DNA of 64,000 nt from Squalus acanthias (taxonomy: Eukaryota): NCBI GenBank assembly GCA_030390025.1, contig CM059438.1, positions 56,794,001-56,858,000 on the forward strand, written 5' to 3'. The position numbers were made by a program, and so were the translations under genes. The notes beneath the pieces are model-generated. The model was given only the letters and a program-made list of their open reading frames with translations, did no database searches and was not told the origin of the DNA. This document shows, in pieces, positions 41,167-53,168 of the stretch (positions are counted from its first letter, which is position 1; every line of letters starts with the position of its first letter).

Positions 41167-42881
41167 GCCCGGAAACCGCTCACTCCAGGCCTCGTGTTCA
41201 AGCTGTTGGACTGCCAGACACCGACCTTTCCGTGGATATCGGGCGGGGGGGGGATGTGAAATTCAGGTTAAACTAACATTCTTGTCTTGGCGCTGTCCTG
41301 ATGTGCTGCATTTTAATGCAGCAGCTGTCAGCGCAACACGACCAACCTTTGAACTCCGTGGCTGACCTCCGCAGGAGGAATCGTGAAGCGCTCAGCGAGA
41401 AAACGAGAGTGGAAGACGGGAGGTTCTGTGTTCGCTGCTAACGTTCAGCTCCAGTGGCAGGGACCAGCCTGGGGGCAGTTGCGGGATCCTGCCCTGCCCT
41501 TCTGAAATCAAGGTCCCGAGAGGAGAAGGGTGCAGTGATTCCTCAGGACTGTGACTGTTCTCCCAGCTGGACGTGCTAGTGTGTTGGACAAACGTCAATC
41601 AGTGGCTGTCCCCACAGGTTTACTCTTGCGGTTACTTGGGGTGCTGTGTTTGGACAGTAGTTGAATATTCACGTTTCCCAAAGTGTGGCGATATTGTGGA
41701 GTTTTGCGTCCTGCAGGTCTCGGGGAAATTTGTACGAATGACTATTGAGTTAAAGAAAGAGCAGGCGTTCATGGCTGGTAATATCCTTGTTGGACCAGGT
41801 GTGATGCAGGGGTGCAGTAATCCAGGCCACAGTTACAATTACGTTTAGAAATTAGCTTCACTTCTCCTCCCTCTGTGTTTCTGCTTTTCCAAATTGTTAT
41901 TCCCAACCCCAAGCAACATCCAACAGCTCCATATCCCTTCACTCTAAAAGCAGGCCGCCTGGCTGGACTCCAGGAGTGTGTAATGAAACCTTTTAAAAAC
42001 AAACAACCTTAAACAGATCGAGTTTCAAACTTGGATTTTGATTTTTTTCAAATGATTAACACTGATTCAGGTTTTATGAATTTAAAAGTGTGACGTTCGG
42101 AATTCTCGTGCTAGATTCTCAGGAGTGCCACTGCTGTCTGTCCCTGTTCTGGGGCGTGTGACTAGATCAGGTCTGTGAAACAGACTATAGAACTCGATTT
42201 ACACAGATCTGCATTAGAGGAATTTGTTCTTGGCTGGTTCTGGTACCCGCTTGTTTAAAATATCCAGGGACTGTTGTTAAATTTGACAGTCCCAGTTTAA
42301 GGCCACCACAACACGACCTGTGGCATTCACATGTCTTCAGGTGATCTCTATCTCTTGTCACTATCCAATCATCTGCCTAGAAGAGGCTTACTTCCATTAT
42401 AATCTTGAAATGTAAAGCTGGCCCTGTAAAGCTGCCACTGCTGCTGCCAGTGGTGGCACTGAAGGTGTAATTACACTGTGACAAGTTTACCTCGGCAGTT
42501 TCCATTACAGATGTGGACATAGGAATTTATAATGGAAATATAAAAGTAAGGACAGAATGTATGATATTAGTCTGGGGACTGAATTATGTTTGCGTGTCCT
42601 GGTCTAGTTATCCCCCACTACTTCTAAATCGGCTTCATCTGTAGACACCGTTTGGTCTTGACTCCCCTTGTGTGATGTCAGGAGAGATGAACTAGTAATT
42701 TGTTTCCACTTTAACTGAATTCACAATCATTCGTCTGCAGAAGAACATTTCAGTCCCTGTGCCACCCTTGTATTTAGAACTCCCTGCTGTCAATGTCAGG
42801 CGACCGGCACTGTGTCAGCTGTCTGCACTTTGTCCCGCAGTTATCAGTTTGTCACTGACCACATGTCACAATAAACTTCCA

Positions 42882-43111
42882 AAATAACAACAGAAAACGC
42901 TGGAAAAACTCAGCAGGCCAGGCAGCATCCGTGGAGAGAGAAAGAGAGTTAACGTTTCAGGTCGATGACCTTTCGTCGATGACCTGACGAAAGGTCATCG
43001 ACCTGAAACGTTAACTCTCTTTCTCTCTCCACGGATGCTGCCTGGCCTGCTGAGTTTTTCCAGCGTTTTCTGTTGTTATTTCAGATTTCCAGCATCTGCA
43101 GTATTTTGCTA
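42882..43111 (+). mobile_element. Penelope-like palindromic element: 96-bp perfect arms, hammerhead core, 16-bp TSD
   Basis: Arms 42882-42977 and 42986-43081; TSD tcacaataaacttcca at 42866-42881 and 43112-43127. Confidence 0.8.
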
Positions 43112-43115
43112 TCAC

Positions 43116-43150
43116 AATAAACTTCCAGTTTGTTTTGGCTGTGCTCTGTG
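43116..43150 (+). terminator. Candidate TMEM203 poly(A) signal (AATAAA followed by a GU-rich tract)
   Basis: AATAAA at 43116-43121 then gtttgttttggctgtgctctgtgg; a duplicate AATAAA sits at 42870-42875. Confidence 0.45.
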
Positions 43151-44194
43151 GTGAGCTGAGCGTTTTAAACCCATGTGTTCCTGTTTTTGTGTGTGTTCTG
43201 TGTTCATTTAATGTGTGAGGTGGCCATCCTGAGAAGTGTTTATCAGTTGTACTTCATACCCTGGGATAGGGTTCCCCTGCCTAGCTGTCTAGGGGTATCA
43301 CATTGGCATCTGTTGTCATCTGTGATTGGTCTTTCTAACGCCCTTTAAGAGCCCTCATGGGTGGGCCTGTTGTGTTCTGTGATGTTTGGAGATTCACTGA
43401 GACACCTTCCTCCCAGTTAGCAGGAAGGGGAAGGTCGTACAGTGGTACACTGCCTTGGGGCACGAACCCAGTGCTGTACAGAGCACCGAGACACAGGCTC
43501 ATACTCAGCATTGCCCATTGAGCAACTTCCCAACATTGAGAGAAGTTGCAGGGCAGAGGCTGAGCTAACCTATAGGAAGGAACAATGTGGAGGGTGTAAC
43601 CTAGGCTGCTCTCTCTCCTTGTGCTGGTTGGATCAACGTCAGCATTGACAGAGCAGAGAGTCGAGATATGCTCAATGGGAAGGGTGGTGACGCCTAACGG
43701 CAGGGAGAAAATGAATTGTCTGAAAATCGAGGGGAAGAGAATAATTGACAACTTATACAAACATAGAGAGAGCTGTTAGTGCTGTGACTTAGTGTGCAGT
43801 CCTTTCACATCTGAGACCAGGGTTTGGATCAGGCTGTAAGAATCTCGCTGTTCCTTGTACGTGTGGGATTAAAACACAAAGCTTCCCTATTTTGTGAAGT
43901 GGAAAAATCCACACTGATGAAGCGCTGTTTTTAGGCTGCTGGGACAGAATAGAGAGAGTTGTACTCTGCACCTGGCCCTGGCTGGATCAGTTCTGGGCTT
44001 GCTTAATGCTGACTGTGTGTCCCATTCACTGACGCTGACCTACATTACCTTGATTCAAGGGTTCACAGGGCACTACAGCTAGAACGTGCTTCCAAGGCAG
44101 TCTTTTGGGCCCCTGCTCGGGGGAGATCGGCTGCCCTGCCTGTGTTACGTGGACTGTAACCCAATCCAGAGTGGCAGAAGGCGATGAGCAAGTG

Positions 44195-44610
44195 TAAGCT
44201 TGGCTCAGTCAGTGGCACTCTCGACTGAGTCAGAAGGTGGAGAGTTCAAACCCCCACTGCAAGACTTTGAGGCTGACCCTCAGTATTGCAGTCGGAGTGC
44301 TGCATTGTCACAGGCGGTGATCCTGCAGGTGAGATGTTCAACCGAGGTGCTGCCTGTCTGTTCAGGCGAGTTGAAGATCCTCGGGACACTATTTGAAAAC
44401 CAGAAAGTCCTTCCTCAAACCACACCACCCAAAGCGGGCGGAGTCACTCGTCATTCATTGCATTTCTGTTTGTGGGATCCTGCTGTGTGCCAAATGGCTG
44501 ACCTGTTTGCTTACGAACGACAAACACTGAGCATCAGAGTGATTCATTGTTTGTGAAATGCTTCGCAGTGTTACTGAGAGGCCTGATCAAACATTTTATA
44601 AATGTAGTTT
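44195..44610 (+). mobile_element. Degenerate Deu-domain SINE
   Basis: A-box-like tggctcagtcagtgg, B-box-like gagttcaaaccc, diverged core. Confidence 0.6.
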
Positions 44611-45699
44611 CAATGTCCCTGTTTTATCACCAAGCTGAGCGGCTGCTTCACGCACTCAGCTCAGATTTTTTTTAAGTGTTGCTTCGGTATTGCTGGGATG
44701 ATGGGCCTACGTCCTACTATTGGAAAAACACCTGTGCTGTACTGAGCTTAACCTGACGGGAATCCCGAATAGCCATCAGCAGGAGGAGAGTACCACTTCC
44801 TCCGAACTGATTTCAGACCCGAGTCCCAGCATTAAAGGGATCACACTGCAGTGGCACCTGGTCCAATCCCTCACAACCCAGTCACGGTTAGCGAGCTCAA
44901 TGCAGCATTTCTCAGCGTGATGCCATCTCCACCCTCGCAGCGGTGCTGACTGACTCATTGCTCCGCGGTTTCACAGTGGCTTCCTGCGCTCTGTGTCACA
45001 CTTGGTCCTGTTGGATTCTGCAATTCAGGAACGTACGGAGAGAGTGCTGCCTGTGTTGTGGCAGGAAGTTTAACTGAGTTGATGTGTTTTATTTGGAAAT
45101 GTATGATGTGATAGACATTTGAGAATGGTTATCACACGCTATCATATCCTGGTCAGTGCATTCTTCTCACCTTCAGCAATAAAGATCTGTTCCCCATCAT
45201 TTTCCAGCTGTACATTAACTGCCACTTTTTTAAAGATTACATTTGAGTTCAAATTGATAAAACTGGACTGACTAAAGTTACTGCCTAAAATGTGCAGTTT
45301 AAGACAAAAACTGCACTTATTTTGGCTAAAAAAAAATTCTGTTTCTCCTGATGTCCCAACAGGTGTTACTGAGATTACTAACCAGGAAGGTCTGGGGTAC
45401 AATCCCGGGTCAGTGCTGATCACTCCACCTCGGCCAGGAGAGTGGGAGAGGCTCTATACCCTGCTATGCTGGCGCTTAACCCAAGCTGGTGGGGGTGGAG
45501 AGGTTAGCCCACGTTGCTGCTCCTGACTGCTGTCACTAGCTGTATATTGTGTACCCGGGTGAGGTCTCATCTCAGTCCAATAGTCTGTCAGCACTCTTTG
45601 TATAGGCTGAGGCGTGAAGGATGGTCTCTCAGGCGCTGCGCCTGGGGTTATGGAGTGGTGGGGCTGGGGAATGGGGTGGGCAGAGGGCCGGGGATTGGG

Positions 45700-46992
45700 G
45701 AGGCTGCGGATTTTGGGGGTTGGGGGGAGGGATTGGGTGTTGGGGGGGGATTGGGGGTTGGGGGAGGGGTTGGGGGGAGGGATTGGGGGTGGGGGGGCGG
45801 ATTGGGGGTGGGGGGCGGATTGGGAGGGATTGGGGGTGGGGGGGGAGGGGTGGGGGCGGATTGGGAGGGATTGGGGGTGGGGGGCGGATTGGGAGGGATT
45901 GGGGGTGGGGGGGGAGGGGTGGGGGCGGATTGGGAGGGATTGGGGGTGGGGGGGCGAGGGATTGGGGGTGGGGGGGTGAGGGATTGGGGGTGGGGGGGCG
46001 AGGGATTGGGGGTGGGGGGGCGAGGGGTGGGGGGAGAGGGATTGGGGGGAGAGGGATTGGGGGTGGGGGGAGAGGGATTGGGGGGGAGAGGGATTGGGGG
46101 TGGGGGGGGAGAGGGATTGGGGGTGGGGGGGGGGAGGGATTGGGGTGGGGGGGGGAGAGGGATTGGGGGTGGGGGGGGAGGGATTGGGGGTGGGGGGGGA
46201 GAGGGATTGGGGGTGGGGGGGGGAGGGATTGGGGGTGGGGGGGGAGAGGGATTGGGGGTGGGGGGGGGGGAGGGATTGGGGGGAGAGGGATTGGGGGGGG
46301 GGGGGGGAGGGATTGGGGTGGGGGGGGGGAGGGATTGGGGGTGGGGGGGGGAGGGATGGAGGGGTGGTGGGGGTGGGGGGGGGAGGGATTGGGTGGGGGG
46401 GGGAGGGATTGGGGGGGGGGGGGGGGGAGGGTGGGGGGGGGAGGGATTGGGGGTGGGGGGGGAGGGATTGGGGGGGGGGGGGGATTGGGAGGGTGGTGGG
46501 GTGGGGGTGGGGGGGGGGGGGGGGGGGGGGTGGGGGGGGGGGATTGGGGGGGTGGGGGGGGGAGGGATTGGGGGTGGGGGGAGGATTGGGGGTGGGGGGG
46601 GGGGGGATTGGGGGGGGTGGGGGGGGGGATTGGGGGTGGGGGGAGGGGTGAGAGGGATTGGGGAGGGGGTGAGAGGTTGGGGGGAGAGGGATTGGGGGTG
46701 GGGGGGGAGGGATTGGGGGTGGTGAGGGGGGAGGGATTGGGGGTGGTGGGGGGGAGGGATTGGGGGTGGTGAGGGGGGAGGGATTGGGGGTGGTGAGGGG
46801 GGAGGGATTGGGGGTGGTGAGGGGGGAGGGATTGGGGGTGGTGAGGGGGGGGCGGATTGGGTGGGGAGGGAAGGGGGGCGGATTGGGTGGGGGTGGATTG
46901 GGAGGGATTGGGGGTGGGGGGGTGGATTGGGTGGGGGTGGATTGGGAGGGATTGGGGGTGGGGGGGGAGGGATTGGGGGTGGATTGGGAGGG
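45700..46992. repeat. Extremely G-rich repeat gagggattgggggtg(g)n
   Basis: Read directly; yields the Gly-rich and Pro-rich spurious ORFs. Confidence 0.95.
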
Positions 46993-48177
46993 GCCTCTCC
47001 ATGTCCTTAACACCTGTAGTTCTGAACTGAACAGGGATGTGATGTTTTATCCTGACACGGCTGCAGTGACTGTACAAAGTAATAACTGCAGCGGAGAAAA
47101 CACTAGCTGAGTGGTCACTGTACTGCAGCCAATGAACTTAACGTTTCTGGGTTAGTTTGTATACACGTTCATTGTCAGACAAAATATTGAAGTGTGTGAA
47201 CTTTCTCTTTTGAGCAAGCAGCTTTCTACCTGTTGAATTGTGTATCTTCCTGCTACCGATCGGGAATGTTTGGCTGAGGAGTGCCTTAACTGCCCGATCC
47301 ACCAGTACTCCAACTTATCCTTGCTGTCTAGTCTAGTGCACCTGCCCTGAGATTCAGCAGCACTCGGTGCACATAGGTCTGCCTCCATCACCACACCAAT
47401 AAAGGTAGGATAAAAACATGAGGATGTGAAGAGTGAGTCTGTGTTTGTGTCGCCCCTCCTCGGGACACGGTCCTTCGAATGGGAAGCCCCACCTGAGGCA
47501 CTGACCTTTCAGAGGCTGACTGACCTGTGCATTCCCAGGTCATCAGTATGGTTGGGGGTGGGTTACAGTGAAAGCCCTTTACCACACCCTGTGAAGACCC
47601 ACAAATGCACTTGTGACCAGATTCTCTGCTGTTGTTTGAGGAGCCTGAACGGGGGCCAGGGAACGTAGATTGAAGTCAGAGGTTTGTGATGAGCTTTGAC
47701 CGGTCTCAACCCATGTGGAGATGTGGGCCCTGAATTTGCATCGAGGCACAACCCCAGCAGCTCCGCCAGGGTTGCACCAGCTGCTGCCCACTAGCGCTGG
47801 CCACACCAGAGTGTGGGGTGGGGTCCGTGGGAAGGTGCCGCTTTCGGATGGGCCTAGCGGATGTCCTCGCCACTACTGGGTCCTTCTGCCTGGATATTCT
47901 GGTATTGGCTGCTCTCTGGGAGGGAGGGGGGGGGTCACAGTGTTCCCTGTGGGGCCCACTTGTGCTCTTCTGGGCATCTCACAGGCCGTACTGCCCTCCA
48001 AACTTACGCCAGGTCCCACTGAGGCCAGGAAAGCGGGAACTGGCAGAATCAGGAATCTCAGACCCCGCCCACCTCTGCAAGGGAACACGTTTGGGGCAGA
48101 TGGAGGTTCTGCCCTCAGGCTCCCGGGAAAGGCCAGGACCCAGCATAATCTGAGTCCCAGGCCTTTGGCCGCACGGA

Positions 48178-48352
48178 GTTTTTTTTTTATTTGTTCCTGG
48201 GATGTGGGCGTCGCTGGCAAGGCCAGCATTTATTGCCCTTCCCTAATTGCCCTTGAGAAGGTGGTGGTGAGCCGCCGCCTTGAACGCTGCAGTCTGTGTG
48301 GTGAAGGTACTCCCACCGTGTTAGGGAGGGAATTCCAGGATTTTGACCCAGT
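48178..48352 (-). mobile_element. 3' tail fragment of the second LINE family
   Basis: Matches 53170-53345. Confidence 0.8.
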
Positions 48353-48967
48353 TACGGGGGGCGGGGCCCGCTGGTTGGCCCAGCCTTTTATTCTAGTTAC
48401 TAGAATGCCAGCACCTGGTTTCAGAGAGTAGAGAGGGAGGTTTGTTCCCCCTACTAACTATTTGATCCAGGGCTGGCTCAAGCAGCATTTTCTGCTTGCT
48501 GTTTGATTCAGGCCCAGTCTGTACTTGTAGGAAACATTGATGAGCTGCGCAAATAATGAAATCCAATACTTAATGCGTTGTGCTTAACTGTGCACCATGG
48601 CAATGACAGCATTGTGATTTATTACTGGATGTCGATTTCCCTCCTGCTGAGAGGCCAGGCTTCATATAAGGGTGGATTGTCCGAGTGCATTATTTTAGTT
48701 ACTGATGTTTACCTACCTGCTCTTGCAGTCTGGATTCCATAGCAATTGAGCTGTTGGGAATTGTCTGTGTGGATTTCAATCGTGATGCTCAGCTTGCCCA
48801 GACTCCGCACCTGATGAGCTTTGCCAGCTCATATCCAGCCTCCATCAGAGGAGGTTGCTCCAGGGCCCACCTTACAGATGGCCTACCCCTCTGCTGTATA
48901 AACAGTGCTGCGTCACCTTCTCTATCTAACAGTCTTGCACAGAGCCAGCAGCCCATCGCCAAACTGT

Positions 48968-49410
48968 AAGAAAGAAAGAACTTGCATTTCTATAGCGCCT
49001 TTCACGACTTCAGGACGTCCCAAAGCACTTTTCATCCAATGAAGTACTTCTGAAGTGTAGTCACTGTTGTAATGTAGGGAAACGCAGTAGCCGCGTTGTG
49101 TACAGCAAGATCCCACAAATGGCAATGAGCGGTGTTGATTGAGGGATAAATGTTGGTCAGGACACCGGGGAGAATTCCCCTGCTCTTCGGATAGTGCCAT
49201 GGGATCTTGTACATCCACATGAGAGGGTAGATGGGGCCTCGGTTTAATGTCTCATCCAAAAGATGGCACCTCCGACAGTGCAGCGCTCCCTCAGTACTGC
49301 ACTGTGAGTGTCCGCCTAGATTATGGGCTGAAATAACTTGAGTGGGGCCTTGAACGCCGACCTTCGAACTCAAAGGTGAGAGAGTTACCCACTGAACCAC
49401 GGCTGACCAG
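48968..49410 (-). mobile_element. Deu-domain SINE
   Basis: Reverse complement of 32950-33393. Confidence 0.85.
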
Positions 49411-50144
49411 CTGGTGTAGAGTCAGGTGATTTATGTGACTTAGGGCTGGCCTAATCTTGGGGAACCCTCCGCTCAAATTAACTCAATTAGCCCAAACTCC
49501 ACTTCGTTAACTGAAATTCAAAATTGAAACCCAGAGGCAGTGAGGGCGAGTATTTGTAGTCTGCCACTAGAGGGTGAGATTGTACTTGGAGGCGGTTCTT
49601 CACTCCAGCATGTTTGCAAAGCCTGACGTCCTGGAACAGTAAAATGGTCCTGGCCCCGAACATACTTATTTTAATTTTCATAAATCTGTATCAAGTGGAA
49701 TCTCTCTTTTACAGGCCTCGGTCCTTGAGCACATGGATTATAAATTGTAATTCTGTACTGATCGTGAAGTAACATCCAGCAAAGTACGGTAAGATCAAAA
49801 TGATAAATTGTGTTGCTGTTGTTTACTTTGTTGCTAAAATTCAAAACTTCTCTCAGTCTGTGGAAATTCTAAGGACTGTTTCTTAGTGAGGATGTTCTCG
49901 ACTTTAATCATAAATAGACTGCCAGCTGCTCCATCTTCTCTTTGCGTTTGGGTGACATTAGTGCCAGACGGAAGATTTCAACTCTGCCAGTGTTACCAGC
50001 AGCTCCCGTTTAACATTGTGCTCTGATTGCAGACAGTTTTTTGTAGCCTCCGAGTGAGTGACAGCCAATAGATTAGCTCGATGGTCCCAAGTGTGCCAGT
50101 TATATTGGGACCCATTTTTTTTCAAGCACATTTTCCTACGCTTA

Positions 50145-50600
50145 AAAAGAAAGACTTGCATTTCTATAGCACCTTTCACGACCACCGGATGTCTCAAAGC
50201 GCTTTGCAGCCATTGAAGTACTTTTGAAGTGTAGTCACTGTTGTAACGTGGGAAACGCAGCAGCCAATTTGCGCACAGCAAGCTCCCACAAACAGCAATG
50301 TGATAATGACCAGATAATCTGTTTTTGTTACGTTTGAGGGATAAATATTGGACAGGACACCGGGGATAACTCCCCTGCTCCTCTTTGAAATAGTGCCATG
50401 GGATCTTTTACATCCACCTGGCAGAGCAGACAGGGCCTTTGTTTAAGGTCTCAACCAAAAGGCGGCACCTCCGACAGTGCAGCACTCCCTCAGCACTGCA
50501 CTGGAGTCTCCGCCTAGATGTTTGTGCTCAAGTCTCTGGAGTGGGACTTGAACCTTCTGACTCAGAGGCGAGAGTGCTCCCCCCTGAGCCACAGCTGACA
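50145..50600 (-). mobile_element. Deu-domain SINE
   Basis: Reverse complement of 32950-33393. Confidence 0.85.
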
Positions 50601-51090
50601 CTGAGAGCGCTGTATAAAGGCGCTATATAAGTTCAAGTTGTTGCTAAATATCAGTGCTGATAAGGTCATTCAGACTACACTCCCTCGCCCTATGGTGCAT
50701 CTGCACAAGAGAGAAGCGGAGGGTTCGAGGACCATCCTGGTGAGGAATGGAGGTTCTGAAGGGACTGGATATCCATCCTGGAGAGCTGTTATCCATGCAA
50801 CAGACAGCATCAGCAGAGTGACCGATATAGAGGGGTAGAAAGGGGAAGGGAGAATGGTGGCGATAAGACGCAGTCAGTGGGACAGGAAGCAGCTTGAACA
50901 ACGGGTCCACGATGGTGAATTTTACAGAGACGGTAGAAATGGTCAGTGCCGGGTTTGGGGGACAGAGATTGGAAACAGTAGGGAAGAGAGGAGATGAGTG
51001 ACAATGCGGGATATGATGGTTTTGCAGTTGCTAATGGGGGTCTGAGTCCAGACTGGATTAGGAAGAGCAGTCAGATAGTTGCTATTTGGC

Positions 51091-51256
51091 ATAAAAACCG
51101 AAAATGCTGGAAATACTCAGCAGGTCAGGCAGCATCTGTGGAGAGCGAAACACCCTTTTTCTCTCTCCACAGATGCTGCCTGACTTGCTGAGTATTTCCA
51201 GCATTTTCTGTTTTTATTTCAAATTTCCAGCATCCGCAGTATTTTGCTTTTGTATT
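51091..51256 (+). mobile_element. Second copy of the palindromic Penelope-like element (shorter arms, no hammerhead centre)
   Basis: Same arms and tail as 42882-43111; ~15-bp TSD tagttrctatttggc on both sides. Confidence 0.78.
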
Positions 51257-51721
51257 AGTTACTATTTGGCCTCGGGTATATGTCCATGTGTCATTTAACA
51301 GCACCACCCTTGTTAGTCAACTTGATGAGAATAGCACCTGTACGTCTGCCTTTCCAGCCCGGCCCATGTGTGGCATTCCCAACTCCTATCCTCATACAGT
51401 TACTGCCCCGGGGATGGGAAGCTGCCCTCGGTAGGAATTCTTGCAATTGATTCAAGAGATTAAGGGTTCCCAGCCACAGTAGAGTTCTGCCCTCCAGAGC
51501 AGCATCAGTGGCTACTTCATGGCACTGCATGAATTGTGGGCAAGATATTTTCCCCAGAGAACAAAGGCAGGAACAAGATCACCAAACAAGTTAACATCTT
51601 TTATTCTTGTAGGTTGGGAGGAGGAAACTGCCAGCATGAACTGAATGGCAAAGGGGAGAAAAGTGCCACTGCAAGCTGGGATTGAGGGGAAGAGTGCTGG
51701 TGTGAATAGAGAGGAGGGGAA

Positions 51722-52167
51722 AGGAGAGTGTGAACAGCGTGCAAGGAGAGTGTGAACAGCGTGCAAGGAGCGTGCGAGTGTGAACAGCGTGCAAGGAGCG
51801 TGCGAGTGTGAACAGCGTGCAAGGAGAGTGCGAGTGTGAACAGCGTGCAAGGAGAGTGCGAGTGTGAACAGCGTGCAAGGAGAGTGCGAGTGTGAACAGC
51901 GTGCAAGGAGAGTGCGAGTGTGAACAGCATGCAAGGAGAGTGTGAACAGCATGCAAGGAGAGTGAACAGCGTGCAAGGAGAGTGCGAGTGTAAACAGCGT
52001 GCAAGGAGAGTGCGAGTGTGAACAGCGTGCAAGGAGAGTGCGAGTGTGAACAGCGTGCAAGGAGAGTGCGAGTGTGAACAGCGTGCAAGGAGAGTGCGAG
52101 TGTGAACAGCGTGCAAGGAGAGTGCGAGTGTGAACAGCGTGCAAGGAGAGTGTGAACAGTGTGCAAG
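51722..52167. repeat. Minisatellite, 28-bp unit gtgtgaacagcgtgcaaggagagtgcga (22-bp variants)
   Basis: Tandem repeat read directly. Confidence 0.95.
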
Positions 52168-53168
52168 GGGCCCAAGGGACAAATGGAAAATTGCGAGGCA
52201 GGGGAGCAGAGCCTCAGTGGAACTGCAAATGTTGGAAACCTGAAATAAAAACCAGAAGCAGCTGGAAATACAGCACATCCCTCAGAATCTGAAAAGATGG
52301 GTCTGTTTCGATACTGGCTCGTATGTCAGGGCATACCCAATCTACTGCTTGTCTCAAAGATAGGGTGGTCGAGAGTTGAGGGAGTAACTCCAGCCCAAAG
52401 CAGATGATGTGTCGCTCTTGGTATCTCAGGTGGTTCCAAGACGGACCTCTTCCTCTTCCAAAGTTCCTCTGAGGAGCAAACTGGGAGGGAGGAGTTATCT
52501 GCCAAGCTTCCTTCTCTCTGGACAGTGCTGGGCCTATCTAGGCTGCCCAAAGTGACAGAGGAGCCTCTTCTATATTCTCCTGCCCCTCTGCCACAAAGAA
52601 AGGGCAGCTTTGTACATCAACTTGATGGATGCGAAAGATGTTGGAAAATGTACAGTGAAACCTGTATGGACGGACACCCCCAAAAAACAGGTACTTATTG
52701 ACAGTCCCAAATAACTTGCATTGTAATAGATACAAGCTGCACCTTCAAACTGCAGACAGTCTTCAATGCACCAAGTCCATTTACAACTTAAAACACAGGA
52801 CACGCAGGTAAGTGTGAGGCGGCAGCGTGTAAATGGAATGGCTTTTGAGGAATGGAGATCTCTTTACCCAGCATCCATAGCGGCAGAGAAAGAGCTCTAT
52901 CTCTGGGATTGAATGCTTGCACAGCTCTGGGATACAGCGGTTTCTCTGCTGCTGTGGATGCTCGGTAAGAACTCCCCATTCACCACGTACCGTTATATAA
53001 TGCCTACCTGTTGGAGGGGTCAGAACCAGATTAAACCGCTTTAATTTTAAACAATGATTTGCCACCTTTTCCACGCAGCTCATCACCAGCTGCTGCTTGG
53101 TGCCGACAACCACAGAGAGCAATGGGGCCTGAAATCGCAGGGCAGCCCTGAAATCGCAGGGGGTCGAG

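Noticed and set aside
45454..47110. Pro-rich and Gly-rich ORFs (extensin or collagen-like)
   Set aside because: G-run low-complexity DNA open in multiple frames on both strands.
52326..52810. Short ORFs near a plus-strand donor at ~52808 (possible TPRN or other neighbour)
   Set aside because: The frames I checked close quickly and show no recognisable homology.
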